A stretch of 64,000 nt of DNA from Candidatus Atabeyarchaeum deiterrae (GCA_037310415.1 CP147780.1:2016001-2080000); one strand, 5' to 3'; numbered from the stretch's first letter, positions 1-8,165 are shown. Program-made: numbers and translations. Notes: generated from the sequence alone by a model not told the origin.

Positions 1-1
1 G

Positions 2-823
2 AGTGGCGTTGAAAGTACTAGGTGGGCTTCGACTGGCCGGGGTGATCCTGGGCGGTATATGGATGCAAAAGTTGACCAAGTGTCTGACATTGCGACGGCG
101 TTATCTTTCAGCGCGACGAATGGAACGGTGAGCTTAGTAGTATTTCAGGTGCGCGTTGATGTGTCTGCGCGTGGAAAAACTTCGGGTTCCACGTTGACGG
201 CTTCAAGTGGCTGGTTGACTTTCACCGGTAATCAAGTGTCATACATGGCGTATACTACGAAACTCGGTGCACTCTATTATCCTTCAAGTGTATCAGCGGT
301 CTATCCTTCAGGTGGTGGTAGTGGAACTCTCGCAAATGTGCAAAGCGACGACGGGACTTACTACTCTGTAGCTCTCGGCGATGTTGACACGTATACAATT
401 GTGCAGATGGGTTACACGGGGCTTCCAACTCCTTCAACTCAATATCCATACTTCCGCGTCGAGATTGAAGTCAAGGCAAACTTACATAGTATCAATGGTG
501 TGCAGTTGCGAGTGATGAGTGGTGAAACGATCTTAGCGAGTTGGGATCATGGTTCCATAGGTGTCGGTGGTACGTGGATAGGAACTTTCGGGGATAATGC
601 GTATTCTGGGAGCTATGTAAGCGGTGGTGCTATGACTCTGCGGGTGTATGCAGGGAGTCAGCAGTTTGCCGGTAACGCGGCTTACGACTACATGAGAATC
701 AGAATCATAGAAGCGGTGTCTTGGCTTGATACTTTGATGAGCTCTGCGTCCGCGAAGGTGCTCGTAATGCTTGCTATCGTTGCGTTGGTCGTCCTGTTGT
801 TTGTAAGGAGGCGTAAGGCGTGA
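2..823 (+). CDS. 5'-partial putative virion spike/adhesin with C-terminal membrane anchor
   Basis: Frame is open from base 2 (SGVESTRW...), so the gene starts upstream of the window. The body is Ser/Thr/Gly/Tyr-rich and beta-like, ending in a TM helix + RRRKA. Confidence 0.55.
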   Translation, partial: SGVESTRWASTGRGDPGRYMDAKVDQVSDIATALSFSATNGTVSLVVFQVRVDVSARGKTSGSTLTASSGWLTFTGNQVSYMAYTTKLGALYYPSSVSAVYPSGGGSGTLANVQSDDGTYYSVALGDVDTYTIVQMGYTGLPTPSTQYPYFRVEIEVKANLHSINGVQLRVMSGETILASWDHGSIGVGGTWIGTFGDNAYSGSYVSGGAMTLRVYAGSQQFAGNAAYDYMRIRIIEAVSWLDTLMSSASAKVLVMLAIVALVVLLFVRRRKA

Positions 824-1104
824 AGCGAATAGACTTGTATCTGCTGGTCATGTGGCTGCTCATGAATCTCGCTGTCTACGTTCTCTGGTTTTACGTTCCC
901 TATTCTCCTGCTGATCCTGGGGGTTCGGGTGGCTCGTCGGGAGGTTCATCAGGTGGCTCGTCGGGTGGATCTTCGGGTGGTGGCAGCGGGGGATTCTTCG
1001 GCTTCAAATATGTCTCTTGGTCTGGTCTGCTTGGGTTTGGCGTTGGATTGTCTCTTGTTGCGTTCATAGTGGGGGTGTTCGTATGGGCATTGATGCGGCG
1101 TTAA
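820..1104 (+). CDS. Small viral membrane protein, TM-(GGSS)n linker-TM
   Basis: Two hydrophobic segments separated by GGSGGSSGGSSGGSSGGSSGGGSGG; GTGA overlap with the upstream gene. Confidence 0.7.
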   Translation: MKRIDLYLLVMWLLMNLAVYVLWFYVPYSPADPGGSGGSSGGSSGGSSGGSSGGGSGGFFGFKYVSWSGLLGFGVGLSLVAFIVGVFVWALMRR

Positions 1105-1292
1105 TCATGGCAGTCATGGGTATAGTCGGTGGACTGAGCTTGATCTTCAAGTGGCGGCTTGTCATGCGGGTAATAAAGTGGGTCGTAATCTTGTTCGTTG
1201 CTGGCTTCGTTGTCTCGATGGTTCCACAAGTTCACGATGCACTTGTCAACTTCTATACGGGAATCTTCGGCGGGTTACTGGGAGGCGTATAA
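1083..1292 (+). CDS. Small hydrophobic viral protein (candidate coat/membrane protein)
   Basis: ATG at 1083 (MGIDAALIMAV...), 69 aa, two hydrophobic stretches and an amphipathic tail; tightly packed in the operon. Confidence 0.6.
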   Translation: MGIDAALIMAVMGIVGGLSLIFKWRLVMRVIKWVVILFVAGFVVSMVPQVHDALVNFYTGIFGGLLGGV

Positions 1293-1295
1293 CTA

Positions 1296-2030
1296 TTGGA
1301 CTACATTCAAGTTGTGTTGCTGGTCAACATAGCTTTCATTGCAGTCGTGTTCCTTGGACGAAAAGTTATTCATCGAAAAAGCAAAGGCGGGACTTCCAGG
1401 GAGCTTCCTGGGACTTCCAAGGTGAAGCGTTCGTTGAAGCGTGCAATATCTAAGAACTTAGGCGTCTTGTTTCTCTGCGTTATCTTGGGCTTCGTTGTCT
1501 TGATAGCCATTCCTCCATCGACATCTGCGGATAAACCACATGACTACGTTGGTGGGAGTCCGATCTATCCTTACGCATGCGTAGGTGGCTCTGCTTCTGG
1601 TGTTCATCCTAACACGGCGGCGGCTGTCGGAAGTCTGTCTTACGTTCAAGAGATAGATGGGCAAGGTTTCAGTATTCGCAGTATCGGCTATGGTCATGTG
1701 CGGTTCAAGTTCAACGTGACGGGAGTCTCCGTTACGGATGACACGTATATTCTTGTGCGCTTGAAGCTGACTCAGAGAGATCAGGGGTCTTACATTGTAA
1801 CTTGGAGTGATTGGAGTGGTGTTGACTTGTCTATTAGTGGTGCTGTGTATTGGCATGGTAGCCCGGACGGTGTGTATACGACTGTGAAAATCTCGGCATT
1901 CAGTCAATTCGTTGCAAACAATGAAGTGATACTCGACTTCGAGGGACTCAACGTTTGGGGTGGTATACTACTTGGCTTAGTTGGGTTATACTGGACTGTT
2001 TCATTCGATCAGATCGTGTTGATGGGGTGA
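1296..2030 (+). CDS. Viral membrane protein with extracellular beta-rich domain
   Basis: Two N-terminal TM segments flanking a basic loop, then a beta-rich domain. Confidence 0.65.
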   Translation: MDYIQVVLLVNIAFIAVVFLGRKVIHRKSKGGTSRELPGTSKVKRSLKRAISKNLGVLFLCVILGFVVLIAIPPSTSADKPHDYVGGSPIYPYACVGGSASGVHPNTAAAVGSLSYVQEIDGQGFSIRSIGYGHVRFKFNVTGVSVTDDTYILVRLKLTQRDQGSYIVTWSDWSGVDLSISGAVYWHGSPDGVYTTVKISAFSQFVANNEVILDFEGLNVWGGILLGLVGLYWTVSFDQIVLMG

Positions 2031-2034
2031 TCTT

Positions 2035-2493
2035 GTGGTAGTATGGCTAATCATTGCTCTGCTGGCTGGTCTGGGTGCGATGTTCGCTATACCGTCGTTC
2101 CTGGGACAGATAGGGGGCGGAATAGGAACGGGTATTATTGTGATAGCTCAGGGCATCGTTTACGTCATGACGCTTGCGATGATTCCAATCATGGTTCTCG
2201 GGCCAATCTACATAATGAGTCGGAGTAAGAAAATAAAACAGAGTTACTATGTCATCGGTGTCATCTACGGGCTTATCTTGCTCTTTGCTGCGACGACATT
2301 CGGATTCTTGACTACTGCAATAAATGGACTCAGCCGGATAACGGGGTCTTGGTGGGACACTTCGGTAAACGCGGTGTTCGTTGTTCTTCTGATGGTATTC
2401 GAGGGTATCGCTTTGTGCTTGATGGACTTTGAGATCATAAACTACGTGAGACGACAACGCTTTAGGCGACGACAGCACTCTTGGAGGTTCTAA
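2035..2493 (+). CDS. Multi-pass viral membrane protein
   Basis: About 4 hydrophobic segments and a basic C-terminal tail; 4-nt gaps to both neighbours. Confidence 0.65.
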   Translation: MVVWLIIALLAGLGAMFAIPSFLGQIGGGIGTGIIVIAQGIVYVMTLAMIPIMVLGPIYIMSRSKKIKQSYYVIGVIYGLILLFAATTFGFLTTAINGLSRITGSWWDTSVNAVFVVLLMVFEGIALCLMDFEIINYVRRQRFRRRQHSWRF

Positions 2494-2497
2494 CATC

Positions 2498-3046
2498 GTG
2501 GTGCGCAAGGGTGACCTGTTCTATCCTCTTTTTTCCGTGATTGCCGTATCCTGCGGGGCATACGTGATGTTGCAGGGTAGTTCATCTGCTGCTGCTGTCA
2601 TGGTGTTGTTCATCGTCTGTGCAGTGACTATGCCTTTCATGCGCCGATTTGTCAAAGATAGGCGTGTAGGTTGCGCTGGTCGCTATGATAACTGGTATCT
2701 GGCTCTTACTGCGGTTCCGATTGCTTTGAGGTTTGGCATGTTTGGCTTGACGTTAAGTTGGGCCGAAGACTTTACAGGGTTCACGATGCTTATTGTCGTC
2801 GCTTGGAGTGAGGAAACTTTTAGGGCTGGCGTTGCTGGTGCACTTATGAAAGCAGGCTTAGGGCTCGGCACGAGTATAGTTGTTGCTAACGGTCCTTGGC
2901 TGGTGTTGCACTTTGCGTTACGGGCATTCGTTCTATCATACGCTTGGTGGCTGCTGGTCGCCGGGGCATGCCTTAGCGCGATCCTGTGGAAGTGTGGAGT
3001 AGGAAAAGCGGTGTTGGGACACATCGTAGTAAACTTGACTGCATAA
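2498..3046 (+). CDS. CPBP (CAAX/Abi) family intramembrane metalloprotease
   Basis: Multi-TM protein with EExxxR (WSEETFRAG), a mid His (LVLHF) and C-terminal HxxxN (GHIVVN). Confidence 0.75.
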   Translation: MVRKGDLFYPLFSVIAVSCGAYVMLQGSSSAAAVMVLFIVCAVTMPFMRRFVKDRRVGCAGRYDNWYLALTAVPIALRFGMFGLTLSWAEDFTGFTMLIVVAWSEETFRAGVAGALMKAGLGLGTSIVVANGPWLVLHFALRAFVLSYAWWLLVAGACLSAILWKCGVGKAVLGHIVVNLTA

Positions 3047-3057
3047 GTGGGCCACTC

Positions 3058-3092
3058 GTGTATACATACGGGTGGTCCTGAAATGTATACAC
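3058..3092. promoter_or_regulatory. Operator-like inverted pair GTGTATACAT-N15-ATGTATACAC
   Basis: Perfect 10-bp inverted repeat in the gap before gene 3118; the same architecture recurs at 5384-5418. Confidence 0.6.
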
Positions 3093-3117
3093 ACACGTCA
3101 GAGAGGTAAGAGGAAAC

Positions 3118-3771
3118 ATGAAATTCTATCAGGGAGTGTCGGTTATTGGAATTGTGGCCGGACTAATCGGGCTGATTGGCTTCGTAGCTCTGCCTTCGGC
3201 GGTTGATGCTGTTGTGATAGTGATGGCCGGCTTGATTGGAATAGATGTCGGGCTGGCCGTGATGTATCACTTCCTGCCAAAACATGAGGCTTGGAAGATC
3301 AGTATCGACTTGGAGAAAAAACTCGTAAGTCCTGAATTATGTTTGGTTAAAGAGCAGGCGATAGACGATAGGACCAGGGTGTTTCGGGCGAAGGACGGGA
3401 CGCCTGTGTATGTTCTCGACAAGAGTGGTGCGTTGACTAATGTGCATAGAGTCGGTGAACTGGAATACTTAGCTGACGTTGGGGTGATGGGGGACATCAT
3501 CAAGTCAAACGAGAAACTTGTCGTTCGTTCGATGTCCTTGGAAAAATACGCTGGAGTCTATGCTCGGTTGTGTGCCTCGAGGGTTGCCGACTTCGTAGTT
3601 AGCAACTTGAGGCCTGCGGAGAGTTCCGACAATATTCGCGGTATGCTAAAAGGGTTTGAAGGAAAACTAACAGAGGTGTTCGAGGGTGTCCGACGAGAGC
3701 TTGGAGAGGGAGAATCAGATACAGCGAAGGGTGGTAAACAAAATACTTCCCAGAAAGTTTCTAAGTCCTGA
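3118..3771 (+). CDS. Viral protein with two N-terminal TM helices and a cytoplasmic domain
   Basis: SD-like GAGG upstream; hydrophobic N-terminus; first gene of the ATPase operon. Confidence 0.7.
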   Translation: MKFYQGVSVIGIVAGLIGLIGFVALPSAVDAVVIVMAGLIGIDVGLAVMYHFLPKHEAWKISIDLEKKLVSPELCLVKEQAIDDRTRVFRAKDGTPVYVLDKSGALTNVHRVGELEYLADVGVMGDIIKSNEKLVVRSMSLEKYAGVYARLCASRVADFVVSNLRPAESSDNIRGMLKGFEGKLTEVFEGVRRELGEGESDTAKGGKQNTSQKVSKS

Positions 3772-3772
3772 G

Positions 3773-3964
3773 ATGCCGTTGATCGATGACTTGATTGATG
3801 GCGCGAAGGAGGAAACTAAAGCGGTGGTATATGAGGCTGTAGGCTTCAACTTCATGATCCGTAATCCTGGTGATGCCTGGAGGGCTATATCGTGTCTTGG
3901 TTCAGAACAGAGGCGGACTTGGTCGCAACAGTTAGAGAGCTTAAGGAAACGCGCCAAACAGTAA
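3773..3964 (+). CDS. Small viral hypothetical protein
   Basis: ATG at 3773, 1 nt after the upstream stop (MPLIDDLIDG...). Confidence 0.5.
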   Translation: MPLIDDLIDGAKEETKAVVYEAVGFNFMIRNPGDAWRAISCLGSEQRRTWSQQLESLRKRAKQ

Positions 3965-4461
3965 ACTGCTCTGTTACTGGTCCAAGGGGCTTCTATAAGA
4001 CTCTTGCGTTGCAGACTATATACTACCATGTTAAAGACAAATTCTCTGCTTGTATGTGTTACACTTTGCTGGATCTTCCTCAAGAGCCTGTGGACGTTCT
4101 CTTGTTGGACGATTTCTCTAGTAAGTTCTATAAGAGGCGGTTCGGGACCGTTCCTAACATTGAGTTCATGACTGCACTTAATGAAGTGCGTGAGCTGACG
4201 GCCATGATTGTAACAACTTGCCCGGATCACGGAGACCTGGACTTGGATATGCGGGGTTTCTTCCAGGATAACAGCATGCTGTTTGTTGGTTGCTTCGAGC
4301 TTGATGATTCGATATACATATTAAGTCCGGCGCCAATAGAGTTCTATGAATCTGAGAAGAAGCGTGAGGTTGAAGCAAAGAGGCGGTTGTGGCGTGAGCG
4401 CGTTGAGAGAATTAAAGCGGTTGCAGTCGCAAAAGACCGAGGCTTTAGTGAAAGAACCTGA
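3892..4461 (+). CDS. P-loop ATPase, pI/Zot-like (FtsK-HerA superfamily) morphogenesis/packaging candidate
   Basis: GGAGG 8 nt before the GTG start. Variant Walker A VTGPRGFYKT, Walker B VLLLDDF, then an R...IVTTCP..DLDLDMR segment typical of pI-like ATPases. Confidence 0.65.
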   Translation: MSWFRTEADLVATVRELKETRQTVNCSVTGPRGFYKTLALQTIYYHVKDKFSACMCYTLLDLPQEPVDVLLLDDFSSKFYKRRFGTVPNIEFMTALNEVRELTAMIVTTCPDHGDLDLDMRGFFQDNSMLFVGCFELDDSIYILSPAPIEFYESEKKREVEAKRRLWRERVERIKAVAVAKDRGFSERT

Positions 4462-4606
4462 TTGTTACAACTTGGGCTTGTATGATGGTGACAAGACTGT
4501 ATGCTACTGCATCTGCGTCTGGCGGTTCGCCTGCTATACTAAGTCATTTGGTCAAACTCAATTCACTAAGAAGCAGGAGCAAGCCGTCGACGGAGCCATG
4601 AAGTAG
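4448..4606 (+). CDS. Small Cys-rich viral protein
   Basis: GTG start overlaps the ATPase end; C...CxCxC...C pattern. Confidence 0.45.
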   Translation: MKEPDCYNLGLYDGDKTVCYCICVWRFACYTKSFGQTQFTKKQEQAVDGAMK

Positions 4607-4981
4607 ATTGGTTTCACAAATTGATGGTTTCCACAAGTGGCTACTTTTGGGTGCAAAGAGTAGGGGCAAATAGGTTCAATATGGTATCTTGTAGCGTGTT
4701 TTAGGTCTGGGATCCCTGGACCCTGGACGTCTGCAGCTGTGCAGGGTGGCCATATATATCTGCTGTGTTTCGTTGGAATCCGTAGTATTCTAATATCGCT
4801 TGTAGACAAGTGTTTGAAAATCGTTTGTTTATGCGGTTCTCTACGTTTCTGACGTCGAAGGGCTGACTGTTTAGTGTGGTTTCCTGTGAGGGTGCTAAAA
4901 TCACGTCCGATGTCAAATAAGTCGTTTTCGTGATAAAAAATAGGAGTTAGTGATTTTGAGTAGTGTCTGATAGGGGTTCAT

Positions 4982-5272
4982 CTAAGTAGTCCTTGGCTTC
5001 TTCGTAACGTCTAAGTTTGGTAGGATCATAGTGTGGTCCCTGCATGCGCAGAAGATTCCGACGTTATTCCAGGTCGCTTTTTGCTTATTCCGGAATATCC
5101 GGGACTTCTCTGGGTATTCGTAGGTGACTGTCCTGGTGTATGCTGTTCGTCTTGTTGCTGGGCTTGGAGGGTATCCGTGTGCCTTGATACATTCCTTGCA
5201 TGCTTGCGGTAAGTCCTTGAGTCTTGGGTCTTTCTCATCTTTGATGTAAATGTATTTGCTTTCATTTGTCAA
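4982..5272 (-). CDS. Viral hypothetical protein, possible Zn-binding
   Basis: CKEC and CACRDH motifs; lies downstream of the TGTATACA cluster. Confidence 0.5.
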   Translation of the reverse strand: MTNESKYIYIKDEKDPRLKDLPQACKECIKAHGYPPSPATRRTAYTRTVTYEYPEKSRIFRNKQKATWNNVGIFCACRDHTMILPNLDVTKKPRTT

Positions 5273-5300
5273 GCTTGACAGCCTTCTTGTGAGCTGGTTA

Positions 5301-5469
5301 TGTATACATGGCGACGTCTGCGCATATAGCCTTTTCTCCGTCTCTTGAGACTAGTCGTGGTGTATACATTATTGGATCTCGGAGTGTATACATTTCGGGT
5401 CCTGCTTTATGTATACACGCACGGCCATGGCGTTAGACTTAACTCTCCGATGGACTAGTAGTGTATACA
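5301..5469. repeat. Five copies of palindrome TGTATACA (5301, 5361, 5385, 5410, 5462) between divergent genes
   Basis: Read directly from the sequence. Copies at 5384 and 5461 extend to GTGTATACATTT(CG/AC)GGTCC. Confidence 0.85.
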
Positions 5470-5502
5470 TTTACGGTCCGAAAGTATAGGAGGTGGATCT
5501 TT

Positions 5503-5643
5503 GTGAGTTTGGAAAAACAAGTAGAGCAGCTCAGCAGGAGGCTACGGTGGCTGACGGCTGTCCTTGTTGTTGACACGGCCGGTATCGTTATCCTGCTCTT
5601 TATGATGGCCAACACACTTGCTTGGCTCATGAAGTTGGTATAA
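5503..5643 (+). CDS. Small coiled-coil + TM viral protein
   Basis: Strong SD AGGAGGTG before the GTG at 5503; MSLEKQVEQLSRRLRW followed by a hydrophobic tail. Confidence 0.55.
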   Translation: MSLEKQVEQLSRRLRWLTAVLVVDTAGIVILLFMMANTLAWLMKLV

Positions 5644-5706
5644 AACGTGTGTGCTGACTTGCATAGTATCCTTTATTGCGGTCGGCGGTATCCTATGACG
5701 GATTTC

Positions 5707-5819
5707 GTGGAAATTGGGGGACCACCCGCTGCGCGGCGGGTGGTGGAGTCGTCCAATTTTCACTTTGTCCGCCGACCGCCGTATCAGAGGGGGTCTTATG
5801 ACCCCCGCCGTGAGGCGGG
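5707..5819. other. Hairpin cluster, candidate rolling-circle origin/packaging signal
   Basis: ACCACCCGC..GCGGGTGGT stem (5721-5744) inside an outer GTGGAAATTGG/CCAATTTTCAC stem; GGGGGTC-TTAT-GACCCCC (5789-5806); CCCGCC-GTGA-GGCGGG (5804-5819). Lies adjacent to the rep 3' end. Confidence 0.6.
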
Positions 5820-5898
5820 ATTAATAGATCGTCACTATGAATGACTGTAAAATGGTTACATCTAGCACCTTGCTTTCTTGTGGAAAAAAAGGAGGGTG

Positions 5899-6906
5899 TT
5901 ATGTGGGTTCTTCTTCGGTTGGCTCTTGTAAAATGAGTCTTGAAATCTCTTGTAGGTAGTAAGTTGGTGCGTATTTGCCTTTGTGGACTTTCTTAAGGAG
6001 TTTGCGTCGAACGAGACTTCTTGTCAGGTTTTGGAGACTTTTCGTCGCTTTCCATGATGTAGCTTCTAATAAGCCCTTGAGAACGGCCTGATCGAGTTTC
6101 AAAAATGCTGCCCATGCTGCGAGGCGTTCGTCAAAGCGTAAACTGTGCGTTGCCATGGTGGGGAACCACGGAATATTGAATCGTTCTAGGACACGGTTAG
6201 CTATTGCTATCGTCGTCCTTATATCGTCTATGTCGTTAGAAAGGTCGCTTGCGTCTCGTCCATTGAGTGTTATCTCTTGCCTTAAGATGGATGGGTTCTT
6301 TTGGTAGAATTTGATTTGGGATTTCCCTTGTCCCCATGCGTTAAGGTAGAATGTGCCTGTCTCGTTGTGAAACTTCATGAAAGATCTTGCGGTAGCCATG
6401 AATAGGAGAGGCTGGTAGACGTCGCAAACAGTCGCGTTGATTTTCTCGCCGACTACTTCGAGCTGGTGTATGTTGACTATTGTATGTGGTGGTTTCTCCT
6501 TGAACACCTTTTCATAAGCTTTCTCATAGTGGGTCTGTGCTACTGCTATTGTCCGTTTCAGGAGTTCGTGAAATTCAAGGGGGGTAAACTGTGTGTTGAC
6601 AGGGCAAACATTATCGTCGAAACTGGCGTCCGGTGGCATCAAGCTATGTTCCTCCATAAAGAGGCGCATGAGGTTGGCCCATACATACATAGTCCTGCTT
6701 TGTAGGCCGAGGACCTCCTTTAGCGTGTTGTGGTCGTTGTCATTTGTCCAGCCCCATTCTAAGCCCCACTCGTTACCAGGTTTAATCCTGACGGCTCTGT
6801 GCTTGTAGAGGTTGTACGCTTCTCGGTCGAACTCGAACTTGCCGTGTTCTTCGACACTTATAGAGAAATAGACCTTGTCATAGCCAAATCTGACGTCTGC
6901 GCTCAT
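5899..6906 (-). CDS. Rolling-circle replication initiator, Rep_trans/phage CRI-like, with a probable C-terminal wHTH
   Basis: N-terminal GYDKVYF and core TGTFYLN...KSQIKFYQK...ILRQEITL (T-x-Y / Y-x-K / R-x-E pattern of non-HUH Reps). ATG at 6906 overlaps the HNH stop (ATGA). Confidence 0.7.
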   Translation of the reverse strand: MSADVRFGYDKVYFSISVEEHGKFEFDREAYNLYKHRAVRIKPGNEWGLEWGWTNDNDHNTLKEVLGLQSRTMYVWANLMRLFMEEHSLMPPDASFDDNVCPVNTQFTPLEFHELLKRTIAVAQTHYEKAYEKVFKEKPPHTIVNIHQLEVVGEKINATVCDVYQPLLFMATARSFMKFHNETGTFYLNAWGQGKSQIKFYQKNPSILRQEITLNGRDASDLSNDIDDIRTTIAIANRVLERFNIPWFPTMATHSLRFDERLAAWAAFLKLDQAVLKGLLEATSWKATKSLQNLTRSLVRRKLLKKVHKGKYAPTYYLQEISRLILQEPTEEEPT

Positions 6907-7184
6907 GATATGTTGTGTGCCTCCTTGTGGTGTTTGATGCATAGGAGTTTGTAGCTGTCGGGGTTGTTCCGGATATCGTAATAGCGTTCCTTTCTACCTC
7001 TACCTGCTCGGTGGTTGTGCTTGGGGATACCGAGGACATTCGTCTCTGCGATATGGTGAAACTCGAGCTGTCGTTTCGATGTGCAACGCTGGAAGTTGTC
7101 GAGGATCTTCTCGCACCGTCCGCCTCTTGCCATCCGTAGCTCCTTCATCTTGCCCTTAATCCACTCGTTGGTCTTGTTTGTCAT
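6903..7184 (-). CDS. HNH endonuclease-like protein
   Basis: GGRCE...C....LEFHHI ... YKLLCIKHHKEAH. Confidence 0.75.
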   Translation of the reverse strand: MTNKTNEWIKGKMKELRMARGGRCEKILDNFQRCTSKRQLEFHHIAETNVLGIPKHNHRAGRGRKERYYDIRNNPDSYKLLCIKHHKEAHNIS

Positions 7185-7305
7185 CGTAATTCTGCTCCCA
7201 TGGGTTGTTTGTCGGTAGTCTTGGACGAGGTCGTTTTCGCTTGGGGAAAGGTGTTCCCCAGACCTGTCTCCAGAGTGCATCTATTTCGTCTTCCTTGTTC
7301 GTCAT
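7156..7305 (-). CDS. Small viral hypothetical protein
   Basis: ATG at 7305 preceded by GAGGGAGGG; coupled to the upstream ORF. Confidence 0.45.
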   Translation of the reverse strand: MTNKEDEIDALWRQVWGTPFPKRKRPRPRLPTNNPWEQNYDDKQDQRVD

Positions 7306-7478
7306 AGTTTCCCTCCCTCTAGGGGGATACCTCTGATTCTCCTGGGTGCGAACTCGTAGCAATGTGGGATCTCTGATATGTTGACGCCTGGGGGTCCGTC
7401 TCTGGTGCAAATAAAGAGGGTTACGCCGGCAAAGCGTCTCTCGAAGGATTCGCAGTGTCGGCAAAATTCTTCTCTCAT
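7302..7478 (-). CDS. 58-aa Cys-rich (Zn-finger-like) viral protein, absent from the ORF track
   Basis: Hand translation MREEFCRHCESF...FICT...PHCYEF...GGKL*, with ATGA overlaps at both ends. Confidence 0.6.
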   Translation of the reverse strand: MREEFCRHCESFERRFAGVTLFICTRDGPPGVNISEIPHCYEFAPRRIRGIPLEGGKL

Positions 7479-7684
7479 CGCGGTATCACCTTGAGCATGG
7501 CGATGAGCTTCGGTAGTTTTCTAAGGGCTTCTCTGTCTACTGGTATGTATTCGAGCTGTGCGGCTAGGTGAGAAAATAGGGATCTCCAGTTGTCGAAAGT
7601 CTTTTTGCAGACGCATTGTATTAAGAGGTACGGCTTAGTGCTTGGTTTGGCGTTTGATCTTCTCTTGCTCTCTGTTGTATTCAT
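7475..7684 (-). CDS. C2H2-like Zn-finger viral protein
   Basis: CVCKKTFDNWRSLFSHL (CxC...F.....L..H). Confidence 0.55.
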   Translation of the reverse strand: MNTTESKRRSNAKPSTKPYLLIQCVCKKTFDNWRSLFSHLAAQLEYIPVDREALRKLPKLIAMLKVIPR

Positions 7685-7795
7685 CTCTTGTATCACAGAT
7701 GTCGGTATATGGACTTGCGCAGTAGGCTGAACCATCGAGTCTACACACCCCCGTTGCCTGTCGGTACCACTCACATAGGTCGTCTTTGGCTTTGG

Positions 7796-8143
7796 TTAGA
7801 AGTCGGCTGCCTTGTCTAGTTGCTTGCGTGACTGGTCCCTCCTTTCCTGCTCGAACTTGACATGTGCGCGTATGAAGTCCTTGTTTTGGATGCCTGTTTT
7901 GATGAGTAGGGCGAACTGGCTGTATGACATGGTTAGTTTGCCTTTACCTGCGCCGAGGAAGATGTTGCCGGAAGACTTTGGGTTGTAGACGTATTTGCCT
8001 GTGTGTTCGTCTTTGGTGGTTCCAGGGTTCATTCCTAAGAAGAGTCCGTCGAGGTTGGCCGTTATTCGTTGAGACAAGTCTATTTCCTTGTTCTCAACTT
8101 TCGTGCCGTTCTTAGCGTTCGGATCAGTACTATTACTGCTCAT
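7796..8143 (-). CDS. First gene of the viral replication operon, hypothetical (possible ssDNA-binding)
   Basis: SD GGAGG upstream, 115 aa. Function is inferred from position only. Confidence 0.55.
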   Translation of the reverse strand: MSSNSTDPNAKNGTKVENKEIDLSQRITANLDGLFLGMNPGTTKDEHTGKYVYNPKSSGNIFLGAGKGKLTMSYSQFALLIKTGIQNKDFIRAHVKFEQERRDQSRKQLDKAADF

Positions 8144-8165
8144 GCTTTGTATAGACCTCCGTCTA

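Noticed and set aside
3773-4461. Programmed frameshift fusing 3773..3964 to the ATPase
   Set aside because: The ATPase has its own GGAGG + GTG start and no slippery run was seen in the overlap.
5301-5469. TGTATACA repeats as a mini-CRISPR array
   Set aside because: The conserved core is only 8-12 bp, spacing is irregular (60, 24, 25, 52) and no cas genes are present; it fits operators or iterons better.
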